From Tubiluchus corallicola (taxonomy: Eukaryota; Animalia; Priapulida), in contig JAQGDQ010000124.1 in the NCBI GenBank assembly GCA_030141605.1, positions 124,001 through 188,000 on the forward strand: DNA of 64,000 nucleotides. The letters run 5' to 3'. Below, one piece after another: positions 52,401 through 61,361 of this stretch. The notes under the pieces were generated by a model. That model searched no databases. It was not told where the DNA came from and was given only the letters and a program-made list of their open reading frames with translations. The position numbers were made by a program, and so were the translations under genes. Each line of letters opens with the position of its first letter. The stretch's first letter is position 1.

Positions 52401-55027
52401 AATATTAATCCACGTTCTTTCTTTATTACTCCTACGCAAGAAGAGAGCACACTGCTCTGCATAACCTAAACCACAATAAAGCAGCAGGAACAGACGGCTT
52501 CCCAACTTACTTCTACAATATTGCTAACAATGTCATTGCAGCTATTTTAACTCAACACTTTAATTCCTCACTAGCTGCTTATGTATTCCTGACTTAGTTA
52601 AACTAGTCAAACATTGTTACAAAATTGCATAACAGTTCCTCAAGTAAGATCAATGGGTTTTGACAGTTTACTTGACATTTGCGGTTAGTAAAAATGATAC
52701 ATTTACTTGTTACAAAAGTTAATATCAAACTTTCTTGCAAAGTCTTCACATATAGAAACAATACGTTGTAGAGTTCTTACACTAGGAGCAATGAGTGAAG
52801 TATCATCAGCATAAGCTAATGCACCATTATAAATACATCCAATTTTGCATTCTATTAGCAATTAATTTCTTTAACAAGCCATCAATATAAATACCGAACA
52901 ACAGTGGAGATAATACAGCACCTTGCCTTACCCCATTAGAAATAGTAATATTTCTAGATCTAATATCTGACAATTTCACTCAAGTTTGTTGACGTGTATA
53001 CAAATTTAACAATAACTGGATAACATTGTTGGATCAGTTCTTATTCAAAAGTAATCAAAATGATCGACAATAATTAACTTTGTCAAAAGCTTTAGAAGCG
53101 TCAAGCATTAACAGTATACAGCAGACCAGTTATTAATATAATGGTTAATTAAGGCCTCGTATTTAAATTAACCATAAAACTTTTTTATTGCTAAGCGTAA
53201 TTGATATTTTTTTTAATTTAGGTGGGGAAGCAAATTACACGAGCGTACTTCTGGCCCTCGACTTTGATAACCAGGGCCACGAATGGTGGACAATCAGAGA
53301 AGTGTTGCCTAATAATGACACTTCCGGTCACTTGACACTAATTGCTTTCTTTGACAAGGTGTACCCCAGCACACTAAGCTTTTTGGCTGGTTATGGGTGA
53401 GTTCTGTGTAATATTTAGAATCTGTTCGTTCTGAAGAGATTTTATGTACTTGTTAAACAGTAACAGAAAACAGTTTTGGCATTTTCATGTGGATTTTATA
53501 CATCTTGCTTGCAGGTTTAGTATTGATAATATTGATATTATGAACAACTTTGTTGAATTACCAATGCATCTAAAAGAATTTTTGTGCATCTGCATGTGCA
53601 ATTGTCTACAAAACTAACTTTCAACCAAGAGAACATATGTAAAAGATTGTAAGGAAAATTTGAATGAAAAACTGGTACCTAAAAACCAGGCAAAAGACAT
53701 AGAAAGAGTTTGCTGCAGTATGCTATTACTGCTAAGCGATTCCTAGCTCTCTTGTGTTGCGCATTTGATTTTACAGAATAGCTATTGTTGTCATGTGTAT
53801 CCAAATAAAGTATGTCATGATATCTAAAGTGTATGTAACATTTTTACTATGGTGTTTATAAGCTTTTGTTTTTAATCTGTAGAATCATAGGTCTGTACAT
53901 ATCATTGGTGTTAGTTGTCAGTCGATTCGTCAGGATGTTCATGAGTGGGTTGGCTTACCGAATCATGTTTGAGGAGCTGCCGAATGTTGACAGAGTCTTG
54001 CAACTCTGCCTAGATATATATTTGGTGAGTTATTTTTAACAATAATGAAATTTAACCCGTTCTGGACTACTAGATTTTTAGAGCTTATCATCATAAAACG
54101 TCCTGATTTGTTCTGATTCTTCACAGCCTCTTGAAAGCAGATTAGATTGCGGAAATAAAATTGAAAGTCCTAATAAAACACGAAAATTATATTACGTGCT
54201 AATACACTTTGATAGTGATTATCCTAACTATTCTGTGTAAATGTATGATTTGATGTAACTTCATTCAAAAAAATTTGTGCAAAATTATTTGTAAAATTGT
54301 GTATCCTATTCTTTCTAATTAGAAATGTAATCAAAGACATGAAGCCATGAAGATGTTGTATACTAAACCTATGATCTTGGGAATGTTTAGTGATCAATTC
54401 AGTGAAGGATTTATAAGTTGTAACATTATAACTTTGTCAATCAAGCTGGTTTCTCGATTCTTTTGATAACTTGGTCACCCAGTTTGATCTGACGTTTGCA
54501 AACTAATTATGTTTTCAGTAAACCATAATCATGCCACATTGCCGCACTACACCTAGCCACATCTAGCCACATAATCTAACTACATGTTACAGGAAGCCAT
54601 ATTACCTCAAATGTTGTATGGCAGAAAATTTTCAGTTTTTATGAAAATTAACCAGTTTGTAGAATCAGTGTAATTACATGTTTTGATTAAATTCCTGAAT
54701 GTCTACTGCAAATAAAACATATTTCCCACACAAGTTTTAAAGTATACAAGTGTTTGGGCATCTTTGGAACCCCATCTTTAGAACATAATTCGGTTTTACT
54801 ATCATTTATAACCAGAAAAACAATGCGCATTGTACAAGTATGCAACTTATTGTACTTTCAGTTAGTAGAAATAGCATTTATCTCTAATAGATTTTAATAA
54901 TTCGATTTTCAAATAGGTACGAGAGAGCAAAGAATACCAGCTGGAAGAAGATTTGTTTTCTCGACTTATATTCCTCTACAGATCACCAGAAACGCTCATC
55001 AAGTGGTCAAAACCGAAGACGCGATAG
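10353..55027 (+). CDS. Piezo: Piezo-type mechanosensitive ion channel, multi-exon, 5'-partial (N-terminus upstream of window)
   Basis: 44 GT-AG exons with compatible phases total 6279 nt and end in TAG. Hallmark motifs: [44 protein letters not shown](x2)E(x6)W ([12 protein letters not shown]), GYGIIGLY, IMFEELP and [14 protein letters not shown]. Confidence 0.98.
10826..10851. repeat. (GA)n microsatellite
   Basis: Pure GA run. Confidence 0.9.
11215..11312 (+). CDS. Piezo: Piezo exon
   Basis: ...[11 protein letters not shown]. Confidence 0.93.
11983..12129 (+). CDS. Piezo: Piezo exon
   Basis: [19 protein letters not shown]. Confidence 0.95.
12564..12680 (+). CDS. Piezo: Piezo exon
   Basis: [13 protein letters not shown]. 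Confidence 0.93.
13600..13741 (+). CDS. Piezo: Piezo exon
   Basis: [14 protein letters not shown]. Confidence 0.92.
13798..14731. mobile_element. Tc1/mariner-type MITE (family A) carrying a nested insertion
   Basis: TIR CACTCATATCTC.GTTTG...CAAACCGAGATGTGAGTG flanked by TA; shorter copy at 42289-42734. Confidence 0.8.
14148..14523. mobile_element. MITE (family B) nested in family A
   Basis: TIR AGCCTTTT.ACAGTT...AACTGTTAAAAGGCT flanked by TA; absent from the 42289 copy; inverted copy at about 56236-56582. Confidence 0.75.
15357..15556 (+). CDS. Piezo: Piezo exon
   Basis: KYWIFVC...YRIVYM. Confidence 0.95.
15614..15770. mobile_element. Small inverted-repeat element enclosing degenerate TTAGGG repeats
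   Basis: AAGTTTACAATTTCCCAC / GTGGGGAATTGTAAACTT (17 of 18 match) around ttagggttagggtta-like units. Confidence 0.6.
16057..16205 (+). CDS. Piezo: Piezo exon
   Basis: [21 protein letters not shown]. Confidence 0.95.
16790..16939 (+). CDS. Piezo: Piezo exon
   Basis: DIGLEHY...LQIHFFH. Confidence 0.95.
17327..17965. mobile_element. TTAA-flanked non-autonomous element (family C, Kolobok/piggyBac-like)
   Basis: Collinear homolog at 44092-44679; both start TTAAAGCAA and end gaaaaatcatcctgtctt...TTAA. Confidence 0.75.
17974..18095 (+). CDS. Piezo: Piezo exon (loop)
   Basis: [10 protein letters not shown]...; phase 2-1 is required to join its neighbours. Confidence 0.88.
18241..18401 (+). CDS. 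Piezo: Piezo exon
   Basis: [10 protein letters not shown]. Confidence 0.95.
19815..19988 (+). CDS. Piezo: Piezo exon
   Basis: KMIFQL...NCT. Confidence 0.93.
20290..20560 (+). mobile_element. Degenerate tRNA-derived SINE-like fragment
   Basis: Pol III B-box GAGTTCGACTC at 20338-20348 followed by a GC-richer body; boundaries approximate. Confidence 0.4.
20639..20722 (+). CDS. Piezo: Piezo exon
   Basis: MGEWIGLEK. Confidence 0.92.
21059..21259 (+). CDS. Piezo: Piezo exon
   Basis: [14 protein letters not shown]. Confidence 0.96.
21409..23639 (-). CDS. PGRP: Peptidoglycan recognition protein (short, secreted, N-acetylmuramoyl-L-alanine amidase type), nested antisense in a Piezo intron
   Basis: Exons 23639-23378, 22019-21814 and 21540-21409 give 600 nt (199 aa) with GT-AG sites in phase. 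Signal peptide, then [41 protein letters not shown] and TACPG. Probable non-coding exon upstream (donor at about 23730). Confidence 0.95.
22264..22340 (-). mobile_element. tRNA-derived SINE head / tRNA pseudogene
   Basis: A-box TGGCCGAGTGG and B-box GAGTTCGACTC at tRNA spacing, ends CCA; anticodon stem does not pair. Confidence 0.55.
23970..24340 (-). mobile_element. LINE (CR1/L2-like) 3' fragment
   Basis: [14 protein letters not shown]...FRKSL ORF2 C-terminal motif followed by an A-rich tail. Confidence 0.75.
24662..24863 (+). CDS. Piezo: Piezo exon
   Basis: ICFVM...RMD...VGLPKFLC. Confidence 0.95.
25284..25391 (+). CDS. Piezo: Piezo exon
   Basis: YPW...WLYLPDY. Confidence 0.95.
26330..27250 (-). 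mobile_element. LINE ORF2 3' fragment, interrupted by a minisatellite
   Basis: [20 protein letters not shown] and [10 protein letters not shown]-terminal motifs. Confidence 0.65.
26597..26989. repeat. 60-bp minisatellite, about 6.5 copies
   Basis: Unit accacaagtgcagtttggctgaactaagctcccagttctatctctgcatccgtgtgagga. Confidence 0.95.
27407..27551 (+). CDS. Piezo: Piezo exon
   Basis: [18 protein letters not shown]. Confidence 0.95.
27664..27849 (+). CDS. Piezo: Piezo exon
   Basis: YLD...[13 protein letters not shown]. Confidence 0.95.
28890..28947 (+). CDS. Piezo: Piezo exon
   Basis: [15 protein letters not shown]. Confidence 0.93.
29092..29194 (+). CDS. Piezo: Piezo exon
   Basis: [11 protein letters not shown]. 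Confidence 0.94.
29466..29628 (+). CDS. Piezo: Piezo exon
   Basis: [25 protein letters not shown]. Confidence 0.96.
30519..30682 (+). CDS. Piezo: Piezo exon (beam)
   Basis: RGAELI...IKQKMDRIR. Confidence 0.95.
31098..31157 (+). CDS. Piezo: Candidate Piezo cassette exon (60 nt; alternative upstream acceptor at 31020)
   Basis: ttttcag acceptor, gtctgt donor, phase 1-1, [20 protein letters not shown]. Confidence 0.5.
32513..32616 (+). CDS. Piezo: Piezo exon (latch)
   Basis: [12 protein letters not shown]. Confidence 0.95.
33244..33405 (+). CDS. Piezo: Piezo exon
   Basis: [15 protein letters not shown]; phase 0-0. Confidence 0.85.
34105..34270 (+). CDS. Piezo: Piezo exon
   Basis: [11 protein letters not shown]; phase 0-1. 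Confidence 0.87.
34414..34540. repeat. (GAT/GGT/GAC)n compound microsatellite
   Basis: Long gatgatgat run grading into ggt and gac units; intronic. Confidence 0.92.
34706..34863 (+). CDS. Piezo: Piezo exon (clasp)
   Basis: [19 protein letters not shown]. Confidence 0.93.
36070..36170 (+). CDS. Piezo: Piezo exon
   Basis: HRFSYYNLS...; phase 0-2 joins its neighbours. Confidence 0.8.
37491..37725 (+). CDS. Piezo: Piezo exon
   Basis: SHSELLCYF...[14 protein letters not shown]. Confidence 0.95.
38284..38457 (+). CDS. Piezo: Piezo exon
   Basis: KYIFQFGF...LFFHRSILK. Confidence 0.96.
38740..39025 (+). CDS. Piezo: Piezo exon (acidic loop, internal 33-nt repeat; alternative donor after 39013)
   Basis: SLGLWK...[22 protein letters not shown]. 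Confidence 0.9.
39040..40100 (+). mobile_element. Degenerate LINE reverse transcriptase 3' half (Rex1/Babar-like)
   Basis: [32 protein letters not shown] and PSGHRF...NSFYP, with stops and frameshifts. Confidence 0.85.
40685..40880 (+). mobile_element. Possible Helentron-associated (HINE/DINE-like) fragment
   Basis: (CACT)n microsatellite followed by aactaatt...gaaattggtagg; called by resemblance only. Confidence 0.3.
40914..41473. mobile_element. TTAA-flanked MITE-like element (Kolobok-like ends)
   Basis: TTAA-AGG...CCT-TTAA ends with a GC-richer core. Confidence 0.45.
41735..41806 (+). CDS. Piezo: Piezo exon (symmetric, 72 nt)
   Basis: [14 protein letters not shown]; phase 1-1, gtaagt donor. 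Confidence 0.8.
41919..41988 (+). CDS. Piezo: Piezo exon (Glu-rich)
   Basis: [18 protein letters not shown]; phase 1-2. Confidence 0.87.
42289..42734. mobile_element. Tc1/mariner-type MITE (family A)
   Basis: TIR CACTCATATCTCGGTTTGCTGGAC / GTCCAGCAAACCGAGATATGAGTG with TA flanks. Confidence 0.85.
42828..42975 (+). CDS. Piezo: Piezo exon
   Basis: [12 protein letters not shown]...FGYSAFG. Confidence 0.95.
43713..43766 (+). CDS. Piezo: Piezo exon
   Basis: [10 protein letters not shown]. Confidence 0.93.
44092..44679. mobile_element. TTAA-flanked element (family C), second copy
   Basis: Homologous to 17327-17965. Confidence 0.75.
44875..45041 (+). CDS. Piezo: Piezo exon
   Basis: VPVPFL...DRAIFLRK...HLWMFFILP. 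Confidence 0.96.
45125..45572. mobile_element. Dispersed repeat (family E), second copy
   Basis: Homologous to about 7790-8277. Confidence 0.65.
45659..45817 (+). CDS. Piezo: Piezo exon
   Basis: QLWYFVKC...[16 protein letters not shown]. Confidence 0.97.
46205..46352 (+). CDS. Piezo: Piezo exon (anchor, PFEW motif)
   Basis: [19 protein letters not shown]. Confidence 0.97.
47001..47098. repeat. 46-bp tandem duplication
   Basis: aggttgcattgctatgagttacctttcacagtgcacgaaata(t/c)gtc x2. Confidence 0.9.
47377..47562 (+). CDS. Piezo: Piezo exon (outer helix)
   Basis: YPTPRG...KYLMGG...IWFPL. Confidence 0.96.
48959..49060 (+). CDS. Piezo: Piezo exon (cap)
   Basis: PIFKMSAQ. Confidence 0.93.
49687..50062. 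repeat. Identical 179-bp direct duplication with an 18-bp spacer
   Basis: 49687-49865 matches 49884-50062. Confidence 0.92.
50710..50882 (+). CDS. Piezo: Piezo exon (cap)
   Basis: [13 protein letters not shown]. Confidence 0.94.
51500..51622 (+). CDS. Piezo: Piezo exon (cap)
   Basis: [10 protein letters not shown]; phase 2-2. Confidence 0.9.
52248..52324 (+). CDS. Piezo: Piezo exon (cap)
   Basis: VPHMYPKYL. Confidence 0.92.
52400..52620 (+). mobile_element. LINE reverse transcriptase N-terminal fragment
   Basis: [13 protein letters not shown]...LTQHFNSSL, with stops. Confidence 0.65.
52625..53160 (-). mobile_element. LINE reverse transcriptase core fragment
   Basis: [24 protein letters not shown] and LAYADD motifs. 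Confidence 0.85.
53222..53396 (+). CDS. Piezo: Piezo exon
   Basis: EWWTI...[15 protein letters not shown]. Confidence 0.96.
53883..54024 (+). CDS. Piezo: Piezo exon (inner helix)
   Basis: [17 protein letters not shown]...[21 protein letters not shown]. Confidence 0.97.
54917..55027 (+). CDS. Piezo: Piezo terminal coding exon
   Basis: VRE...[20 protein letters not shown]. Confidence 0.97.
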   Translation, partial: VRESKEYQLEEDLFSRLIFLYRSPETLIKWSKPKTR

Positions 55028-56196
55028 CAGCGAGTCATTTTCGTTATCTTACTTCCATTTTACATGGCCTGAGGTGTGCTTATGTTAAAATTCTATGATC
55101 CCAGTAAGAAGGTTTCTAGTAAAACTGTATTGCTATAAAACTTTTTCTATTTGCCCAGTTTTCTTGAAGTCTGCACAATATCAGTATTTCAATTTCTGAT
55201 TACTTGGAGTATTCACGTGAAAACAAGGAATAGTGGAAACCTTTTCTTTAGTTAAGTAATGTGGACAATTCCCTAGATAAGAGGAATGAGTATTCTTGCA
55301 AGTTTTGCATATGAATATGTTCTATGCTTGTTTCGTTGTAATCTTGTAGGGACGGTAGATTCATAAAGATACGTAATAGATCATTTTTATTCATGCATTA
55401 AAATTTTCTACTGTCTCTCTCTCTAGTGTATTGTAACTTGTGATTATTGCAAACAAAGCACACTTTATTAAATTATTTCACCTGGACACTATCCTAGCAG
55501 CAACATCATATGTAAAATAATGTGAAAATCATTCTCTTTTTGTGTATTTAAAAATTGACTGCATTGCTGTTGTGCTGCAGTAGTTACCTTTGAATAAATA
55601 TATTATTATATGCTAGAAATATGTTGATATTTATAGGTTGCTGTACTGCTGCAGTGTTTCTCAGTGTCGTTCAAAGATTCCTCTCTCTTCTGTGATTTTT
55701 TTTAAACTTTATTTTGTCGATAAGTAAACTATTCGCAATTGGTATTATTTAATAAGTTATTCTGTAGAGAAGGGAAGATGTTGAAGGAGAAGGTAGTGCC
55801 GTGTAAGCTTACGTTAGCATTTCCTCATCTGCCTGGAGTTTGAAATTCTTTATTCAATTTATAAATGCTGTTTTATAGCATATTTTAGTGAACGGGTTTT
55901 TAATAAAAAAATTATGGAGTCGCGTAGCATAATGTATGCTAATTTTGTTGTTGTTATTATTGCCAAATGTGCTATTATTTAGGACTGTTTTGTGTGATTG
56001 CATATTTAAGATGGTTTTATTTTATTTTTGAATAACCTACAACAATTTATAGCAGTAGTTCTATACATTACAGATACAGATGAGCTCAGCTCCACAATAT
56101 CCACTTGATACATATAATTGTATTTAAAATTGCAGATGGGAACTCTAATTATTCTATAATTAGAATATTTGTATTCTTCTAGTAAGATGTAGACAT

Positions 56197-56202
56197 AATA
56201 AA
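56197..56202 (+). terminator. Candidate Piezo poly(A) signal
   Basis: AATAAA followed by a GT-rich element; another AATAAA lies near 55902. Confidence 0.4.
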
Positions 56203-56235
56203 CCTTTTCATAGTTTCATTGTGCGTGCGTGCATT

Positions 56236-56582
56236 TGCTGTAGGTCAAAGGTTAAGTGTACCACAGCAATGCATCTTAATTACGACTGTTACGTGACATG
56301 TGGGTAAAGGAAAGCCGTCTGCCGCATCCGTTCAATAACTTCAGCCGTTTTATGTGGACGTTACTTAATTATTCATTTGTCTGTCTGTAGAGTGACTTGC
56401 TAGCAGGAATTTTGCTTGGGAACAAGAAAAAATGAACTAGGTAAGGCTCTAGCTTGTTGTTAAAACTGTTACTATTAGAATAGAATAGGCATTGTCAAGT
56501 GTACACAAATGCGTTGTCTGGTACGTGAACCTTTGACCTTTTCACGATCATCATCAATTGCTGGAACTTGAAAAGGCGTATT
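56236..56582 (-). mobile_element. MITE family B, inverted copy
   Basis: Reverse-complement similarity to 14148-14523. Confidence 0.7.
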
Positions 56583-57625
56583 GATCATTATTTTACAGCT
56601 TTAGAATAGTTAGTTTCTTATTCGTATTTTATGTGGTTCCGCACAGGTGTGCTATGCCGTTTGTGTCGTATTTTCTCTGCTTAATGGCTAACCTGTGCTG
56701 CTGTACTTTGTAGCTTTAGCTGTTGTATAAAGTGGAAGATGTTTTATTTTAATGTAAAATCAAAATTTTAGTGGACTTATAGCTCATATTGATTACTGCA
56801 GTAAGATTACTCGTAAGTACTTTAGTACTGCACTAGATTACCCTACTAATATTGCTAGATCATCGGATTTATTTGATAAGAAATTCAAAACTGTTAAGGC
56901 ACAGCAAATGTCATTTGTTTGTGAATAAGCCAAGCATACCCATTGGTAAATAAAATCTTGTATCACAAAATCAGATGTAATTTTACTAAATATTTACGTA
57001 TCTCACATCTGCTTGTGTAGAAAAAAGCAAGTATAAAAAAGAAAGGCAAGAAAGAGCATAGCTAAACAATTCATTTGTGCTGTGCCAGACTCTTGAAGAA
57101 AATTAAATAGGTATTTTTACTTTAGCATAATATTATCCAAATAATGTTCTGACTTGATTTTCATCTAACTCAAGCAAATTTCTTGCATTCTGCTGTAATT
57201 TATATAAAGTGTGCATTGTCTTTTACCCTGTTGGACGCCATTATCTGCTTATTTGTAAAAATAAAACAGTAACAATATACACTTTTGTTTGATTCATAAA
57301 TTAAGCAATTGCTTTTGTTATCATTCATATAATAATTTCAATACTGTGAGTATAAAAACTCTCACACAGGATTTATTTTTGTACAATTGAAACAAATTTG
57401 CTTGCATTAAATTAAATCTACACCTAAATCTGCACCATTTAATTATGCTATACAAAATGCATTTGTACTAAAACATATCTCAATGAATTTTCCCTGAGTG
57501 CTTTTGTACAAAATGAAAACTGACAAAATTAACCACATTTAACTCTTGACATGCATCAATAACATCTACTTTCATTATATTTTTTCATGTCATGGTGTTT
57601 TCAAGTCAGCATAATTTTTGATACC

Positions 57626-57937
57626 CAGGGCTGGATTACGCTATAGGATGCAGCCTAGGGCCACTCCAGCCTGGGGGGAGGGCGTAAGTTTGAGGGACCC
57701 GCTAAAAGATTGTCATATATAATTTTTTGAAAAATAAGTGAATATTTTAATATTTTGCATTGGTAAATAATCCATTTAGCTTAAAATGAAACTTCAACTT
57801 TAAAAAAGAAGGCCTGGGAGTTTGAAAACCCAATTTTAAAAAAAGTGGCCCTTGTTTGTGGCCCCTTATTTGAGATACTGTGTCGGGACTCCATAATTTC
57901 ATTAGCCTGGAGGCCCCAAAATGTCATCATAACCCTG
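57626..57937. mobile_element. hAT-type MITE
   Basis: CAGGG...CCCTG ends with a perfect 8-bp TSD TTGATACC (57618-57625 and 57938-57945). Confidence 0.8.
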
Positions 57938-58065
57938 TTGATACCCGATTACCGATATCCGATATCAACAATACCGATTAAGGGATTCTTGCAATGCATT
58001 CAGACACAACAATTTATACATATTAACAATAAACCATTCAAACAAACAAACGGACGTATATAAAA

Positions 58066-60135
58066 CTATCTGATAGCAGTGCTAACATTTGGGTGCTGAT
58101 TGTAGCCTGCAGTTCTTATGTATTCATTACACTCTGTGTTGATGACATGTAAATCTGCTGCACTCAAATCTGACGACCAGTTCTCGGAGCGCAGTTTCAT
58201 CTCGGAGTTAGCAACCTCATTTCTCTCTCTCATTTCATAATCTAACCAAACTTTCAGCTGATCTGTTTCTTGGAGACCTGTAAATCGTAGCAGCTTTTTT
58301 CCCGTGCCAACAGGATCCCTGTCTAGTTCCTCATAGCGTAGCAGCATGTAGTTGTTGGGATACTTGCTGGCAATTACTTTGCTTGTTTCCAACTCTTCTA
58401 CCATATATCTGCACAAATCTGAAACGTCTGAAATAAGTTTTGTACTGCCTGCTTTTGCACGACGAAGCCATCCTCGAGGGTCACGGATGAGGTGTACGAC
58501 TCTAACATCTATCAATGGGTCATTAAATAATGGAATCACGTCTATTAGTTTGGCACGTATGGTTTTAATCGCCACGTGTTTGTACATCTGGCATAATTCT
58601 TTATATTCGGTGTGATTCGTCACCAAGGCTTTTGCAACCGGACTCAAACAGACGTTCAAACGTCCGAGTTTTTTCTTCCCTTTCGTTCCACGAGGAGACA
58701 GTGGGCCTGTCAGGTGACAGTATCTCTCTGCATGATTAACATTGATAAGAGAAAGTTGCATTAGAGCCAGCGCCTGTTTGTAATGCAGTGGCAGTGGCCA
58801 GAAACCATTAGGTTTACACTGTACAGCATCAGCGAATATCATAGATTTCACTTCACTCAAAACTGATGCATTAGTTTTTGCTTGATCTATTAGGTCTTTC
58901 ATGTCTCCACCTGTTTTTCTTGCCATTTCGTCTAACCAGGTAAAATCTGGCGCTAGTGTCCTCATATTGAACCCTGCGTGTAAAGGCTCGTATATGTAAG
59001 ACACGTCGCCATGGTTATTGAAGAAGTTCCCGGTAAATGTTGATCCGGAGTGAAATCGACTTAGCACAATTATTCCCTTCTTTCTAGATGTCAGGTGATC
59101 TGAGAGACTCAACTGACCTAGTTCTAAGTGGTATTCTTTATGATTGTTCTCTTTTAACAAAAGGCCTCCTGCTATTTTTGCAATATCTGCAAAGTAAAGT
59201 CCAGACAACTTTAAACAGGCTTTATGGACCGTAATATTTTTATGTAGAACGCTGTTAGAATAAATACTTGTTAAAAAAAGTAAACACCAAAATATTATGA
59301 CAAATTATCATGTCTAGTTGACAGTTTTAGGTTTTATAAGTTGAACTAAATTAAGAATGAAAGACAGCGTAGCAGATATACCACTAAAACATGTTTATTT
59401 ATTAACTCGAAATTATTTTATGCTCTGATTTTCATGCATTTAAAAGTTTAGAATAAGACAAACAATCGTTAGGCAGCAACACTAGAGTGCATAAAATGAT
59501 AACAATCAAAGTTATTTTATTTACAAGGCAATTTGATTTTGTAAGTAAGCCTGAGTAAGGTCTGCTATCCTTATTACAGTTGCCTTTAACAGTTGTGTGA
59601 ATTTTATTCTCATTCCGCGATGTTCTTTTATGCTTTTATAGTTGTGAATATCGATTTTTTATGGCAAATAAAGATTATTATATTATATTATATTATTGTG
59701 AAAACAGCTTATAATAACTATTTTAGCAAACAAAAGTCTAAACACGTTAGTTTTTGCATTGATATGAAAAAATATTAATCCTTCATTTCTTATTATCATT
59801 TTTTACTAAAGTGTTGGACAGAACACGCCAGAAATTACTTGTGGCGTATTAATTGATTATCTAAAACACTCAGTGTGCACTAAAGTAAAGATGTTTTGCA
59901 TGTTTTTATAAGCACGGAATTAAGTCACAAGAAACACGGTTTCTGTTCGTAATAAAAAATAAAATAATTCAATAACTTTCAGCTTACCGTGATTAGAAAT
60001 ATTTTCCTTTATTTCTACTGGAAAATCATAGTACTTGTACACATACAAAGCAAACGAACAGAAGAACAATCCGACGGCAACTCTCACAGTATGATTTTGA
60101 GTGGTAGACATTGACATGACTTGAACATTCTTCAT
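58066..60135 (-). CDS. Carbohydrate sulfotransferase-like (CHST1-7 / GlcNAc-Gal 6-O family), type II membrane protein, about 422 aa
   Basis: Exon 60135-59988 (TM anchor VAVGLFFCSFALYVY, gtaagc donor) joins exon 59186-58066 (tttgcag acceptor) in phase 1. Motifs SRFHSGSTFTG...YIYEPL, KTIR, HLIRDPRG and LRYEEL. The start codon is uncertain (60135, 60117 or 60111). Confidence 0.9.
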
Positions 60136-60307
60136 CAATGTCAAAATTGTACGCGCTTCGCAGTCTACATGGACATTTACGAACTGAACAATATTCTTAT
60201 GAAAATGCGCTAACCGCAACGCAAAGAATAAATAACGCACGTAGCTTGTTTAATGTCATCCAGCAACCACGAGTTTATTATTGTCATTAAGCTCAAGTTC
60301 AACTTAC

Positions 60308-60383
60308 CTGAACGCTGTAATTATATACGCTTTCCGGCTGAGTAGCCGTGACAAATTACCACCCTTAGTAATCTATATAAATC
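60308..60383 (-). promoter_or_regulatory. Putative TATA-like box and non-coding first exon of the sulfotransferase
   Basis: Minus-strand TTTATATAGA at about 60372-60381; cag|gtaagt donor at 60307. Confidence 0.4.
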
Positions 60384-60542
60384 TCCCCCAAAACCTAGTA
60401 GCTTTAAGAAGAGCAGGTCAGTGGCCTTTTCGAGCTTTGTGCAGACCAAAACTAAGGTAATCAGATAAATAAGCCCATATAAATTAGAAAAAAACACAAT
60501 TTATTGCAGAATTTTACTGTACTCATTAAAAAAGTTCGAGCT

Positions 60543-60585
60543 TGATGATGACGATGATGATCATGACGATGATGATGATAATGAT
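60543..60585. repeat. (GAT)n microsatellite
   Basis: Imperfect gat/gac run. Confidence 0.8.
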
Positions 60586-60902
60586 AGCAAATTCAAAAAT
60601 TTAAAGCGAAAAAACATTAGGTGCAAAATTAACATTTTGAGAAGTAGCAATAAAAATTACAAGCGCACTGAGATACTAGGTCTTCAGAAACGTAATAATA
60701 GTATATAAAGCCATTTTTGATGAATTTTAATTTTTGTAGGCGCCGTCCACAATTTTAGTTCACAATATATATATTTAAGCAATAATTTGCATTAAAAAAT
60801 ACTTTGTTATGCCCTTAGTATAACTCAACTAAAATCACAGGAGACCTAAGAAGTGGACTTACGGTAAGCCACCTAAGTATTAAGTGATTAGTTACACATA
60901 TA

Positions 60903-61361
60903 CCGTATTTTCCCGTGTATAAGAGACCCTTGTGTATAAGAGACCCCTTCAATTTTTAGGCAAAAATTCTGGAAAAAAGTTTTTTCAGACGGACATTTTT
61001 AGAGGGTAAAGTACAACTTTTTTCAACTCAGTGCGGTACTGAAAACAAAATAAAACCAGTTAATGTGTTGTAGAAAAAGAGTACTGGTATATATTAAAGT
61101 GCGTACCTGCAAACCTGTAACAGGAAAAGAGAAATGTAACGAGGAGATAATGCCTGTGTCACGATGCTTGTATTGCTTACAACCGCTTCATAGTCGAACG
61201 CGACACGCAAAACAGTTGTAGAGCACTTATTTCTTTAAAATCATTAGTGTCACAATTTATGCATCTTATTGAAAAGACTTACTCCCATGTATAAGAGACC
61301 CCCTATTTTTAAAGTGAAAATTCTGAGCAAAAAAGGGTCTCTTATACACGGGAAAATACGG
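60903..61361. mobile_element. pogo/Tc2-like (Tc1/mariner superfamily) MITE
   Basis: Perfect TIR of about 29 bp (CCGTATTTTCCCGTGTATAAGAGACCCTT), TA TSD, subterminal TGTATAAGAGACCCC repeats. Confidence 0.9.
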
